Shown one piece after another: positions 39,141 through 49,684 of a DNA stretch of 64,000 nt. The position numbers and the translations under genes were made by a program. Position 1 is the stretch's first letter. Every line of letters begins with the position of its first letter. The notes beneath the pieces are model-generated. The model had not been told where the DNA came from and searched no databases. It saw only the letters and a list, made by a program, of their open reading frames with translations. The stretch is from a virus (taxonomy: Duplodnaviria > Caudoviricetes): the IMG/VR virus record IMGVR_UViG_2713896764_000001, positions 29,669-93,668 of that record. The stretch is one strand, 5' to 3'.

Positions 39141-40189
39141 GCCAAACCCTCCGCCTCTGTCAAAATGTCTTCACAAACGCCAAATAAGCGCTTTTCATCA
39201 ACGCCCCCTGTCACTGCATAACTTTTGCAGTAAGCGCCCACAGAATCGCGCAGGGAGTCGATTTTGGACGTTTCCGAACTGGATTTAACGACAGTGGTGG
39301 ACTTCACAAAAGAGCAGACAATACCTTTTGCGCCTAACGCTTCAAGTGATTTGCGTCTTAGTAGCGCCTCTTCGTCAGACTCTACAGTTCCCTTGGCTCG
39401 GACGTAGTTGCCCACGATCTCTCTTTCATCACAATCGGCCAAATCAAGGAACTTAGGCGCTGAGGTTTCGAAATGAGTTATCCCGGTCCCGCCCACAATC
39501 ACGCATCCGGCCAGCGAACCAATATCGCCCCAATTGTGGTGAGTCAGAGCACCTACGGATATCACCGTGTCATTCATCCGTTTGTGGTTGTGGTAATGGC
39601 CTGAAAACACTTTTCCAAAGCCAATTTCCGCCAACTCTCCGGCATCAATGCCGACATCCGGCAGCCCCATGATCACGCCATTGACCGGCGCATGAATGAT
39701 CGCGTTCCAATTACAGGCATCCTCGTCCAGCTCACTTTTGGCCTTTTTGAGTTTGCTAAGCAGCTCGGCGTTATTGTCATGCCATGACAGCATCATCACC
39801 TTGTCGTCATGGAAGAATTTAGGCGTGGAGCCACATACAATTTCCGCCCCAATGGATTGCAGAGCTGATGATGTGCTCGCGTAGAAAACCGACTCTTTAG
39901 TTTCAAGGTCGTGGTTGCCAGCCAGAACCCGAACTTCCAAGCCGACTTCGTTGATAATCTTGGAGTAACACTCGATAACGCGGTTTAGAACCAGGGGAGA
40001 AACGTTGCCCCTTACATGGAACATATCTCCGGCATGATAAAGACGGTCACAGCCAGCCTTTTTCATCAGCTTAGCCGCCTCAATGGTCGCGCTCAGTTGC
40101 TCAGCAAGGCGAGAGTTTTCTCCTGCCGCTGATGTTTTGGCGAACTGAGTAAACGCATGGTAATGAGTGTCTGAAATGATACCGAACAT
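39137..40189 (-). CDS. SbcD/Mre11-like metallophosphoesterase nuclease
   Basis: SDTH, GDMFH, GNHD, GHYH. Confidence 0.92.
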   Translation of the reverse strand: MFGIISDTHYHAFTQFAKTSAAGENSRLAEQLSATIEAAKLMKKAGCDRLYHAGDMFHVRGNVSPLVLNRVIECYSKIINEVGLEVRVLAGNHDLETKESVFYASTSSALQSIGAEIVCGSTPKFFHDDKVMMLSWHDNNAELLSKLKKAKSELDEDACNWNAIIHAPVNGVIMGLPDVGIDAGELAEIGFGKVFSGHYHNHKRMNDTVISVGALTHHNWGDIGSLAGCVIVGGTGITHFETSAPKFLDLADCDEREIVGNYVRAKGTVESDEEALLRRKSLEALGAKGIVCSFVKSTTVVKSSSETSKIDSLRDSVGAYCKSYAVTGGVDEKRLFGVCEDILTEAEGLA

Positions 40190-40517
40190 GATACCTCTCT
40201 ACTGCATGTTACGATTACAAAGCTGGCAAGTAATAAGTCACCGCTTACCAACTTAACAGCTAAATTTAATCCCCAATTTTAGAGCGAAGGATGTATGCAA
40301 GGTATAACGCCAGAGCGATGAACGCATAGCAGATTGCAGCTTCTATCATTTTGTTTGTCCTCTTGTTGGTCATCTAAGCTATTGGCTGCAATCTTCTCAT
40401 AGCCACATAGGGATTCAACGGAGGACAAAGGCCAGTCAATTTGAACTAAAGACATCGCGGGAATCTCATCACAGTGGCAGTCTCCGCCGCAAAATTCACA
40501 GAAAGGAACCGTCGCCA

Positions 40518-40847
40518 TCACGCCCTCTTCGTCAATGCTTCACCAACCCAACCTTTCTTGTGAACTGTCGCTATTCCTCGAACTTCCGGCAAAATCTCGG
40601 TGCTGTCCGCATGTGGTGTTTCGTTGAAAATCCAGTAGTAATACTGGTCTAAGATAAACGCCGCACGATCCGGATGCTGACACATTTTTTGCGCTATTGG
40701 GAACGACCACTTATCACAACGGCTGATTGATTTCGCCGCATACCAGTAGCAGGCAGTGTCCCTATCCACCCCATCAAACTTCACCTTAAATGCTGCGTAA
40801 AGAGCACAGTTAAGAGTGAAATCAACTCGGTCTAATACTTTTTGCAT
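40518..40847 (-). CDS. Hypothetical protein
   Basis: ORF with upstream promoter-like motif. Confidence 0.6.
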   Translation of the reverse strand: MQKVLDRVDFTLNCALYAAFKVKFDGVDRDTACYWYAAKSISRCDKWSFPIAQKMCQHPDRAAFILDQYYYWIFNETPHADSTEILPEVRGIATVHKKGWVGEALTKRA

Positions 40848-41006
40848 TGGTGTAACTCTACTTGTTTCAAGTGGTGGCGAGTCTACTTTCTGACGATAAG
40901 GCGATCAATAAAAATAAATAAGCGTTGACTTATTTTTGTAGTATGTCATATAAAATCCGGCAGATAGCAAGACATAACAATTCATTTTATTTGATAGGTA
41001 TCAGCA

Positions 41007-41453
41007 ATGCTCGGACGTTTTTTCAGTAAAAAAGCAAAAGCAGCAGGTGTAGAGCTTAAACGCATTGAGAACCGCGACCTAATGGAAGCAATCGTGGGCG
41101 GCTGCCTACTGGTTGCGGCTGCAAATGATAAGAACGGTAAGGTTGACGAGTCTGAAATGACACGTATCCACAATCTGATCCGCACCAATAAGAACCTGGA
41201 GCACTTCGGCGCTGAAATCCAAGAGATTATCACCCGAACCAAGGCTCGTCTTGAGGCTTCGTTTATCGCAGCCCGTCTTGAGATCATGCGTGAGATTGAA
41301 GATATTGCGGATGACACTGAGCAGGCACAGGATGTAATGGCTAACGTCATTACCATTGCGCTGGCAGATGGTGATGTTGACGAGGCGGAGTATGCCGTTC
41401 TTGAGCAAATCGCTATGACACTAGGCTTGCATATTGACGATTGGATTCAATGA
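41007..41453 (+). CDS. TerB-family protein
   Basis: NRDLMEAIVGGCLLVAAA...IALADGDVDEAE. Confidence 0.85.
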   Translation: MLGRFFSKKAKAAGVELKRIENRDLMEAIVGGCLLVAAANDKNGKVDESEMTRIHNLIRTNKNLEHFGAEIQEIITRTKARLEASFIAARLEIMREIEDIADDTEQAQDVMANVITIALADGDVDEAEYAVLEQIAMTLGLHIDDWIQ

Positions 41454-41611
41454 GCGATAACCTAAGATTTTCATTGGTTTTGCTACTGACGTTTGCGGTG
41501 ATCACCGTGGACTTTGCCAGCAAATTCCTTTCGATTGTGGTTGATGGAGCCTTAATTACAGCAGCTTTGTGCATTCTCTTTCCGCTATATCGAAAAGACC
41601 GTATTCAATAG
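41450..41611 (+). CDS. Small membrane protein (DUF3927-like), 53 aa
   Basis: MSDNLRFSLVLLLTFAVITVDFASKFLSIVVDG...; ATGA overlap with TerB stop. Confidence 0.7.
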   Translation: MSDNLRFSLVLLLTFAVITVDFASKFLSIVVDGALITAALCILFPLYRKDRIQ

Positions 41612-41681
41612 AAACGACGACAGACCGTTAGCCACCAGTTGGTGCGTTGACCTTAGCCATTTCGTCTATTTTCCGTAAGTC

Positions 41682-41706
41682 AAAGCCCACCGAAGTGGGC
41701 TTTTTT
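41682..41706 (+). terminator. Rho-independent terminator
   Basis: AAAGCCCAC-CGAA-GTGGGCTTTTTT. Confidence 0.85.
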
Positions 41707-41877
41707 GTTAGTGAAGACCATAAATCAGTTCTTTTAAATAATCACAATTATTCGCTCTATTACAGCAACAACATTGAAACAAATTATTGAAAACAAAACG
41801 ACCGTTAAGAAACAGAGGTTAGATAAAAAAGTATTTGTGCTGTAATATAAAGATTCAGACCATCAAAAAAACAAATC

Positions 41878-42279
41878 ATGAGTAATACTATAAAGTTATT
41901 AACGAATCTCCGTAGTTTACGTGCCTTTGCTCGTGAGTCTATGACTCTGGATCAGCTAAAAGATGCCCTAGAAAAGTTGACTCAAGTTGTAAATGAACGC
42001 GAAGCCGAAGAAGAACAACTAAAAGCGGAAAATAAAGAACGGACAGAGAAGCTGGAAGCGTATCGCCAAATGCTTATGGATGACGGTATAGAACCAGAAG
42101 AACTTTTGTCTAAGTCAATTACAGCCGCAAAGAAAAAACCTCGACAAGAAAACCAAGAAAAATATAGATTTACTAATGAAAAAGGTGAGGTTAAAACGTG
42201 GACTGGATTTGGACGAATGCCTAAATTTTTAAGAAAAGCTCTCGATGAAGGCGCCAAGTTACGTGACTATAAAATTTAA
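41878..42279 (+). CDS. hns: H-NS family protein
   Basis: LLTNLRSLRAFAR N-terminus; KYRF...TWTGFGRMP. Confidence 0.92.
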   Translation: MSNTIKLLTNLRSLRAFARESMTLDQLKDALEKLTQVVNEREAEEEQLKAENKERTEKLEAYRQMLMDDGIEPEELLSKSITAAKKKPRQENQEKYRFTNEKGEVKTWTGFGRMPKFLRKALDEGAKLRDYKI

Positions 42280-42455
42280 CATATAAAAATCTGTTGCAAG
42301 CCGCTGAAACCAAGCGGCTTTTCATTATCCCCATTAATCATATGCTTTATTGATTAATAATCAAAATTATGAACATATAATATAAAAAGGTTTTTTTCCT
42401 AAAAAGAAACTAAACTTATAAGAATGAACCAAATAACTGTATAGATTTTGATTAC

Positions 42456-42728
42456 ATGAAGGAAATTATGATTAATAATGTGGTTTTTTATAGACTTAAC
42501 CATGTAATCAAGAATGAAGAACAAGATAGGATTACAGAGCAACTTGAAAGAGCAGGTTTTGAAGGGCATCTAAAAGTTTACGACTTGGGTGGTGATAGTA
42601 AATCTTCCCGTAATCTTGTTATTGAAGGAGTTTATCAAGGAAAACGGTGCTGCTGTGCTGTAGGTTACGAGAAAAACAGGAATAATTTAATTATTAGAAA
42701 AATATGGAGTGGGCATATTGAAGTTTAG
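42456..42728 (+). CDS. Hypothetical protein (AT-rich cargo)
   Basis: 90-aa ORF. Confidence 0.6.
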   Translation: MKEIMINNVVFYRLNHVIKNEEQDRITEQLERAGFEGHLKVYDLGGDSKSSRNLVIEGVYQGKRCCCAVGYEKNRNNLIIRKIWSGHIEV

Positions 42729-42856
42729 TTGTAATTTACAATGATTCACTTATCTATATATACCCTATCGAAAAAATGTTTCAATTTTTAACCGTGTGAT
42801 GAAAGGCACTACATTTTAACGTTGTGCCTTTCATATCAAACTTATTAAGTTCGTCT

Positions 42857-45283
42857 CTAATTTTCGACCATCATCTCTTTATATTGATTAAGTTCTTCTT
42901 TTATTCTAATCATCACCGCAAGGGCACTTTCAAAATCATAAGTTGATACGGCTTGATATAAATCATTACTCAGCCCTAAATCTAACTTCTCAAAGCATAA
43001 TCGATGTTTAGTGTAAAAATATTCAGATTCTAAGTCACATTCTTCAAGTAAAAAGACCAAATGGTCTACTTTAGATTCAAATTCTTCGATAGATTTAATG
43101 TCACAATCTAACTTTGGGGAAGGCTCGTTAACATAACTAATTTCAGATATCTCTGTATTTGCACAAGGAATATACGCACCAGAGTGATCTATTTCGAGTT
43201 CAATAGTGAACCAGAAAATACTTCCTTTTCCATACTCACTTTCAACTCCGACCTTACCTCCCATTAGTTCAGCAATACGTTTAGAGATCGTCAGCCCAAG
43301 ACCTGTTCCACCGTATTTTCGAGTGGTTGAAGCATCCGCCTGTTGATAGCTATCAAACACCAATGCCTGGTCATATTTAGATAATCCAACACCGGTGTCC
43401 AATACACTTATGCGTAAGTTAATGTTGTCTTTTGTTCGCTGCATTGCATCAACAATAATGGAGACTTCTCCTTCATCAGTAAATTTAATAGCATTACTAA
43501 CAAAGTTTAAAATAATTTGTTTGATTCGTAGCGTATCTCCGACGAGTTGTGGAATAGACTCATCTACTTCAGTAGTAAGGTGAACACCACGCTGATTCGC
43601 TTTATACTCAAAAATATCATAGACATCTTGAATAATGGTTCGGATATCAAATAAAGTTTTCTCAATTTCAATTTTATTCGCTTCAAGCTTAGAAAGGTCT
43701 AGAATATCATTAATAAGAGTTAATAGATGCTTTCCTGACTTGTCGATTTTTACCAAGTTGCTTTTTTGATCAACAGTAAGATCTGAGTTCAACAGTATAT
43801 GGGATAAACCTAGAATCGAGTTCATCGGTGTTCTTATCTCATGGCTTACATTTGAAATGAACTGACTTTTGGCTATGTTTGCATTCTCAGCCGATAACTT
43901 TGCTTCTTTGAGCTCAGTTGTCAGCCTATCCAATTTACTACCCATACTGATGATTGAGTTCGCGGTTTCATTGAGCTCTTTTAGCCGGAATCCGTCATTA
44001 GTTAAATTGAAGTCCCCAAGGCCAGCTTTATTAACCATATTCTGAATTTTCTTTAAAGGCTCAGCAATAAACTCACTCATCTGTTTTGACGAACGCCATA
44101 TAAATATCAAGAAAAGAGCATAAAATGAAATCAAACCAAATATAAGAACATAACCAATATTTTGATATTTATTTTCTAAAGCTCGAGATGATGCATACAT
44201 CTTATTTTCATCAACAATTACCATTAATCGCCATTGTGTTTCAGGTATTGTTGACCATGATATAAGCTTTTTCTCACCGTTGAGTGTTATCTGTGTGAGC
44301 CCGTTGTTATTCTTCAATAATTGGCTAGATAAATCAGCAGTATCATCACGTTTAAATAAATTAAAATCATCCGGTTTAAATACTTCTTTGGTTATAGCTT
44401 GTTGGTAGCTATGCTCTGTCAACTCTTTCAAACCAAAGTCATATTCGCCTTGAGGGGGCAAAGCCATTATTGTGCCATTACTACTAGCCAGTATCGCATA
44501 GCCATCCCATGGTATAATCAAATTTTGAATGCTATCGATAATAGCGCTAACCTTTATATCTAATCCCACTACACCTTCTAGAAAATCTATTATATAAACC
44601 GGAGAAATTGCAGATGCCATCCAACCGTGACCAGCAGGATCAATATAAACATCAGTCCAAACAGTTTCTCTATTTGGGTTATATTCTTCATTGGCCAAAT
44701 AGTAAAAGTTGTATTCAGGAATATCCATTTTAGGAGGATACTGATCTACAGTATAAAACCAAGGATAAATTCGGTTGTAAGAATCCCATGTATTAACGTA
44801 AATAGAAGAAACCAAATCATTGTTTTTTTCGATTTGCTTCATTAGTGGGTCAAGATGTGCAAGTCGATATATTTTCTCCCAATCTTTTTTGTCAGTTAAA
44901 CCTGAGTAAAAAGAAGCTGAGCCTCCTAAGTCATTTTTAGAATAAATCACACCGTCTTCACTAACAGCAAGGTTAGAGCTTTCAGAAGCGTCAATCACGT
45001 CATTGCCTGATAAAACACGTTCGGTTTCATTTCGATACAACGTTGTTAAACTTTCTATTGATAACAACTTTTCACGGATGATATTGGATTCACGCTCAGA
45101 AGATATTTTTAGCTCTTCATTAACCTGGGTGTATATATAAGCCATGTTATCATTACTGATAAGGTGATTACTTACCAAGTAAACTGCGATGAGACCTGAT
45201 TCCACCAGAATAAGAGGGATAATCCCGGTTCTTACCATTGATCTCCATACCCATGTTTGGGTATTAATCGTCTTTTCTTTCAT
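42857..45283 (-). CDS. Cache-domain sensor histidine kinase
   Basis: Two TM helices, WTDVYID Cache motif, [10 protein letters not shown]-box, N/G1/G2 boxes. Confidence 0.93.
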   Translation of the reverse strand: MKEKTINTQTWVWRSMVRTGIIPLILVESGLIAVYLVSNHLISNDNMAYIYTQVNEELKISSERESNIIREKLLSIESLTTLYRNETERVLSGNDVIDASESSNLAVSEDGVIYSKNDLGGSASFYSGLTDKKDWEKIYRLAHLDPLMKQIEKNNDLVSSIYVNTWDSYNRIYPWFYTVDQYPPKMDIPEYNFYYLANEEYNPNRETVWTDVYIDPAGHGWMASAISPVYIIDFLEGVVGLDIKVSAIIDSIQNLIIPWDGYAILASSNGTIMALPPQGEYDFGLKELTEHSYQQAITKEVFKPDDFNLFKRDDTADLSSQLLKNNNGLTQITLNGEKKLISWSTIPETQWRLMVIVDENKMYASSRALENKYQNIGYVLIFGLISFYALFLIFIWRSSKQMSEFIAEPLKKIQNMVNKAGLGDFNLTNDGFRLKELNETANSIISMGSKLDRLTTELKEAKLSAENANIAKSQFISNVSHEIRTPMNSILGLSHILLNSDLTVDQKSNLVKIDKSGKHLLTLINDILDLSKLEANKIEIEKTLFDIRTIIQDVYDIFEYKANQRGVHLTTEVDESIPQLVGDTLRIKQIILNFVSNAIKFTDEGEVSIIVDAMQRTKDNINLRISVLDTGVGLSKYDQALVFDSYQQADASTTRKYGGTGLGLTISKRIAELMGGKVGVESEYGKGSIFWFTIELEIDHSGAYIPCANTEISEISYVNEPSPKLDCDIKSIEEFESKVDHLVFLLEECDLESEYFYTKHRLCFEKLDLGLSNDLYQAVSTYDFESALAVMIRIKEELNQYKEMMVEN

Positions 45284-45315
45284 TCAATTCCAACCACCAT
45301 AAACCAGCAAGATAT

Positions 45316-46428
45316 TTAGTTCGTATACGTAAGTGCAATGTCATACAGCTCATCGCTTATTTCAGTAAATGCGTCGACAATAAAAGGATCAAAATGAGTT
45401 CCCTTACCTGATAGTATGATTTGAACTGCGTCCTGATGAGTAAATGCAGGTTTGTAAACTCGTTTAGAAATCAGTGCATCATAGACATCAGCTATTGCCA
45501 TAAGGCGGGCAGATAATGGTATAGATTCACCTGAAAGACCTAGAGGATAGCCATTTCCGTCCCATCGCTCATGGTGCGAGTAAGCAATCTCTTTGGCAAC
45601 TTTTAGGAAACACATTTGTCGACCACTCACTTTTTCCGCGTTTTTAATCGCCTCATAACCAATCGTAGTGTGGGTTTTCATGACTTCAAACTCATCCTCT
45701 GTTAAGCTGCCTTTTTTCAGTAGAATTGCGTCTGGAATACCTATTTTTCCGATGTCATGAAGCGGAGCCGATTTGTAAAGTAGTTCAATGAATTCATCAG
45801 AAAGCTCTTCCGTATAACTCGGATTTTGCCGTAAAGTTTCCGCTAATCGTTTAATGTAAATTTGAGTGCGGCGAATATGGTTTCCCGTCTCGTTATCTCG
45901 AGTTTCAGCCAAAGAAACCATCGCGTAGAAAGCAATGTCTTGGATGGCATGAAGTTCCTCTTTTTGCCGTAGTGCTTCAGCGGTTCGTATTTTGACTTCA
46001 TTTTCTAGTTTTTCTTTTTCACTCTTTAGAATATCTGAAGCAATTTTCAGCGAAACATGTGTTTTAACACGAGCTTGAACGATTTTTGGATTAATAGGTT
46101 TTGTGATGTAGTCGGCAGCGCCCAACTCAAAACCTCTTTGCTCATCTACTCGCTCAGCTTTTGCTGTCAAAAATATGACAGGTATATCACGTGTTGCTGG
46201 ATTTGATTTAAGTCTTTGACAGACTTGATAGCCATCCATTTCCGGCATCATGATATCCAGCAAGATTAAACTTGGGTTAGCAGTTTCAGCAAGAGCGATA
46301 CCTCGCACGCCACTACTTGCCCCTTTCACCTTATAATCATCTTTAAGTAGCTGATACATCAAAGTGAGATTTTCAGGGATATCGTCAATAACCAACACAG
46401 TTGGCTTAGATGAAGAGATAGATAACAT
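45316..46428 (-). CDS. Response regulator with HD-GYP phosphodiesterase domain
   Basis: REC (DD, LLDIMMP, KP), HDIGK, HHERWDGNGYP, ADVYDAL. Confidence 0.95.
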   Translation of the reverse strand: MLSISSSKPTVLVIDDIPENLTLMYQLLKDDYKVKGASSGVRGIALAETANPSLILLDIMMPEMDGYQVCQRLKSNPATRDIPVIFLTAKAERVDEQRGFELGAADYITKPINPKIVQARVKTHVSLKIASDILKSEKEKLENEVKIRTAEALRQKEELHAIQDIAFYAMVSLAETRDNETGNHIRRTQIYIKRLAETLRQNPSYTEELSDEFIELLYKSAPLHDIGKIGIPDAILLKKGSLTEDEFEVMKTHTTIGYEAIKNAEKVSGRQMCFLKVAKEIAYSHHERWDGNGYPLGLSGESIPLSARLMAIADVYDALISKRVYKPAFTHQDAVQIILSGKGTHFDPFIVDAFTEISDELYDIALTYTN

Positions 46429-47481
46429 CCGTTCTCCTTTCGGCGGCTATGAGTCAGAATGATTCTTTCGAAACTAAAGTAATGAGTTAATAAATAAGAC
46501 GTATGATTTGATAATAGTAAAAATTAGCATAGGTTCTTATTGTATATAGTGAGAGGTATCTATTTATTGTTTTTGTAGTCAAATTGACTTTCTTGATTTT
46601 TCCCCTCGTAGTTTTTTTATTCAACAGATTTTAAATGGAAGATATTTCTTGCTTGATTCAATGATTTATGTTATCCAATTTTAATGAGTGATATGCCAAT
46701 TAATTGCTTGGTCTTATACCTTTACTTTATGACATTTTGATGACAAATAATATTCGCATAAAGATGCGGAACGAAACCCATGCACGCCCCATACGAATAC
46801 CTGTTCATTTTAACGATTCCTACTAATTATTGGGGATGCGGTCTGGAGCATTATCTAGTATTGCAAAGAAACCATATCCATTCAGCAGCAGCTACAGTTA
46901 CTGATCACGTGTCGTAAATAATGCGACTAGTTCGCGGTAATCTCGTGACCTACGCTGATTCTGGTCTTTCAGCTAATCTAACTCGTAGGTTCCCTTTCGA
47001 TTTGGCTTCAAGTGTTTTCATCTTGATATTATTTGATTATGATCATAAAACAATGATTTTAAAGGGTTTTACTGCCTCATTCTTTTTGCAAATGGCCAAC
47101 AATACGCTAAGTTCAATAGTCACACTGACTCGTTTAAACTAATGCCGCCATTTTGACACTGTGTTAGAGGCACATGTCTGATCAAGTCGTTTCAACTAGA
47201 GAAATGAGTGCTGTATGAACTCTCGCCATTTAGCATATCTGACATCTGATTTTTTATACCGGATGAAATTTATCTTTACTTTACTAAGTAATGAGGTATG
47301 ATTTTGGCTGCTCTGATGTTCAGACTTATTAATGAAACACCAAGTCAAAGTAAACCCTAAGAATTTCTTCGTTAATGTTGTTATCCTCTGTGTTTCCCTT
47401 AGCTTCATCGTCACATTCAATAATTCAATCTTCAGAGAATCGAAGTAACATTATTAATTTTTAATATATAAGGGACACTAC

Positions 47482-47691
47482 ATGTCTAAAGCAACTGGTA
47501 TCGTAAAGTGGTTTAACGAAGAGAAAGGTTTTGGTTTCATTACTCAAGACAATGGCGGTGCTGACGTATTCGTTCATTTCCGCGCAATTGCTTCAGAAGG
47601 TTTCAAAACTCTTTCTGAAGGCCAAAAAGTATCTTTCGATGTAGAGCAAGGTCAAAAAGGCCCTCAAGCAGCTAATGTTGTAGCTCTATAA
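47482..47691 (+). CDS. cspA: Cold-shock protein
   Basis: [18 protein letters not shown]. Confidence 0.96.
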   Translation: MSKATGIVKWFNEEKGFGFITQDNGGADVFVHFRAIASEGFKTLSEGQKVSFDVEQGQKGPQAANVVAL

Positions 47692-47699
47692 TTGAAATT

Positions 47700-47730
47700 T
47701 TGGCGTAAGTGGATAACCCACTTACGCCAA
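47700..47730. terminator. 13-bp stem-loop after the cold-shock gene
   Basis: TTGGCGTAAGTGG-ATAAC-CCACTTACGCCAA. Confidence 0.65.
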
Positions 47731-47816
47731 CTAAGAATCAGCAACGCTGCACTGAGAAAGTCAAAACGTAATACCTTACTCCAAGACTACACTCTTCAAA
47801 AATTTGTTCTCCACGC

Positions 47817-48206
47817 CTAAAGCGCTTTCTTCTTGAAGTATTTCAGCGGCAAATACCGCTGCAGGGCACCGCCTTGAGACTCGTAGTTCATGACTAATGC
47901 CCTATCCATGAATCTATCAACTGTTGTTACATAAAGCTCTTGGCTTTCCTTTACCAAAACGCCCACATGTTTTACCCCTCGCGCATCAATCTCGCGGATC
48001 GTCTCAACGTCCAGAGCCCAGCATGCACACCCTTGGCGAATTGCCGCAAGTAAACTGGATTCACCGTTGCGGAATATCTCTTTGCGTGAGCGATAAGCCA
48101 CATAAAGCCTCCTGCCTGATTTAAGCGTCCAAAATGCCCCGTATAGCTTACGCTTCTTCCTTAGATGCTCTACCTCTAAGCACTTTTTCTCGTATTTGAT
48201 CATCAT
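47817..48206 (-). CDS. Basic hypothetical protein
   Basis: ORF at the end of a minus-strand operon. Confidence 0.65.
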   Translation of the reverse strand: MMIKYEKKCLEVEHLRKKRKLYGAFWTLKSGRRLYVAYRSRKEIFRNGESSLLAAIRQGCACWALDVETIREIDARGVKHVGVLVKESQELYVTTVDRFMDRALVMNYESQGGALQRYLPLKYFKKKAL

Positions 48207-48750
48207 CGGCTACTGGCTCTAAGTAAATAGCGGTCAACTTCGACTGCTCATTTAAGAAATGCCCGTAAGACTTCCGCAGTATTTCACCGACCTTATCAAC
48301 CGGTTTTCCGCCCATAGCCAGGTGATTAAACATCGAATGCTTGGCAACCATTGCGTCAAAATCGCCACTATACAGCTTCCGAACCTTCATGAACCGGATA
48401 ATCTCTCCATCATCCGCCCCTACCAGTGCAACTGTCTTGCCGATCTCCAGCCTATCCATCCAAGTTGTTCCGGCCCTCATGGTATTGAAGGAGGATTGAT
48501 TTAAGCCGATGAACGGCTTGCGGAAGGATAAGATCGGCACATAGCGCTGGCATGTTCTGATATGAACGTCAGCATGAGGTTCGGCTTTCTCGACAACTTT
48601 GTAAATTGGACAGCCGGTCTTGATGCCGCAGGAGTTACAAATAAGTCCAGTTCTTGCCAGAACGGACTGCGGCTCAATGGTGTAAACACCATCTTCAGTC
48701 TTACGAACCCAACGGGCTTTCTTAACATCAAGGCTCATGGTCGGAATCAC
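48148..48750 (-). CDS. Hypothetical protein with Cys cluster, possibly ASCH/PUA-like
   Basis: CNSC...CP...C; FNTMRAG. Confidence 0.6.
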   Translation of the reverse strand: MIPTMSLDVKKARWVRKTEDGVYTIEPQSVLARTGLICNSCGIKTGCPIYKVVEKAEPHADVHIRTCQRYVPILSFRKPFIGLNQSSFNTMRAGTTWMDRLEIGKTVALVGADDGEIIRFMKVRKLYSGDFDAMVAKHSMFNHLAMGGKPVDKVGEILRKSYGHFLNEQSKLTAIYLEPVADDDQIREKVLRGRASKEEA

Positions 48751-48806
48751 TCTACTCTATGTTTTTCGAGGATATTCCAACCGATGAGCCAAGTAAGTCA
48801 AGGTTA

Positions 48807-49115
48807 TTAAGCGACAGCTTTCGCCCTAATGTCCTTGATTGAAATAGGAATTAAGCGTTCGCTTAGTCCGAACGTATGTTCTGAGCCAGCCGGATAGAAT
48901 GCCAGCTCGGTGTCAAAGACTACTACCCCATCGTCCATCGCAAACGCATAGGTTGTTTCATTCGCATCGCGACGCATACGAGTGACCATGCCAGCGGCTT
49001 CTGAGTGCGGCACTTGTTCACCAATGAAAGTGCCAAAACCGATTGTTTCCCAGTGTCTTACACCTTCTTTCTTCACTGGTCTGTAAAGTCCAATAACACG
49101 CGAACCGATTTCCAT
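48807..49115 (-). CDS. Hypothetical protein
   Basis: Strong RBS GAGG. Confidence 0.7.
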   Translation of the reverse strand: MEIGSRVIGLYRPVKKEGVRHWETIGFGTFIGEQVPHSEAAGMVTRMRRDANETTYAFAMDDGVVVFDTELAFYPAGSEHTFGLSERLIPISIKDIRAKAVA

Positions 49116-49211
49116 TTTTACCTCTCTTGTTGCTCTTATTGCGCTTGTTGCTTGTGTTTATCTTATTGCGGATATACAAGGTAAATAAGCTCTACACCTT
49201 GTATAAGTAAG

Positions 49212-49634
49212 TCATTGGTGACTGATTTTATCTTTAATGGCTAAGATCGAACGATAACGTTGATAGGTTGACTCGCTAATCCGCTTGCCCGTGATGTTCT
49301 CAATCACTTTAATAGACTGCTCCACAGTCAAATCTTTACTCTGAACCTGACTCACCACTTCAATGATTTCAGCCTTGTTGTCGTAGCCTAGATACGCTCG
49401 CTCAAGCCGTGACTTCAAATCATCCCGCACTCGCTGACGAGTATCAGCTTCCAAATCTGACTTGTGATAGCGGTAAAGAAAGGCACGGCTCATTAGTGTG
49501 GCCAACTCACGGTCGCCAAACAAAGAAAACGCTTCTTCCTCTACCAGTTTGCGCGGCACGGTGCTTTCCATATCCGCACGTCCAAGCGGATCACGTCTGC
49601 CTTGGCTATTCAGCAATTGTGTAATCCAGTTCAT
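49212..49634 (-). CDS. Hypothetical protein
   Basis: RBS GGGAG; start taken at MNWIT. Confidence 0.6.
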   Translation of the reverse strand: MNWITQLLNSQGRRDPLGRADMESTVPRKLVEEEAFSLFGDRELATLMSRAFLYRYHKSDLEADTRQRVRDDLKSRLERAYLGYDNKAEIIEVVSQVQSKDLTVEQSIKVIENITGKRISESTYQRYRSILAIKDKISHQ

Positions 49635-49684
49635 AATGAAACTCCCAAAAAGGGGGCTTACGCCCCCAACTCTCAATTAGCGGC

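Noticed and set aside
40279-40521. 80-aa Cys-rich ORF
   Set aside because: Coupled start is plausible, but the sequence gives no supporting motif; left uncalled
46740-47420. IS remnant or riboswitch between the HD-GYP gene and cspA
   Set aside because: No terminal repeats, transposase motif or c-di-GMP riboswitch consensus could be recognised
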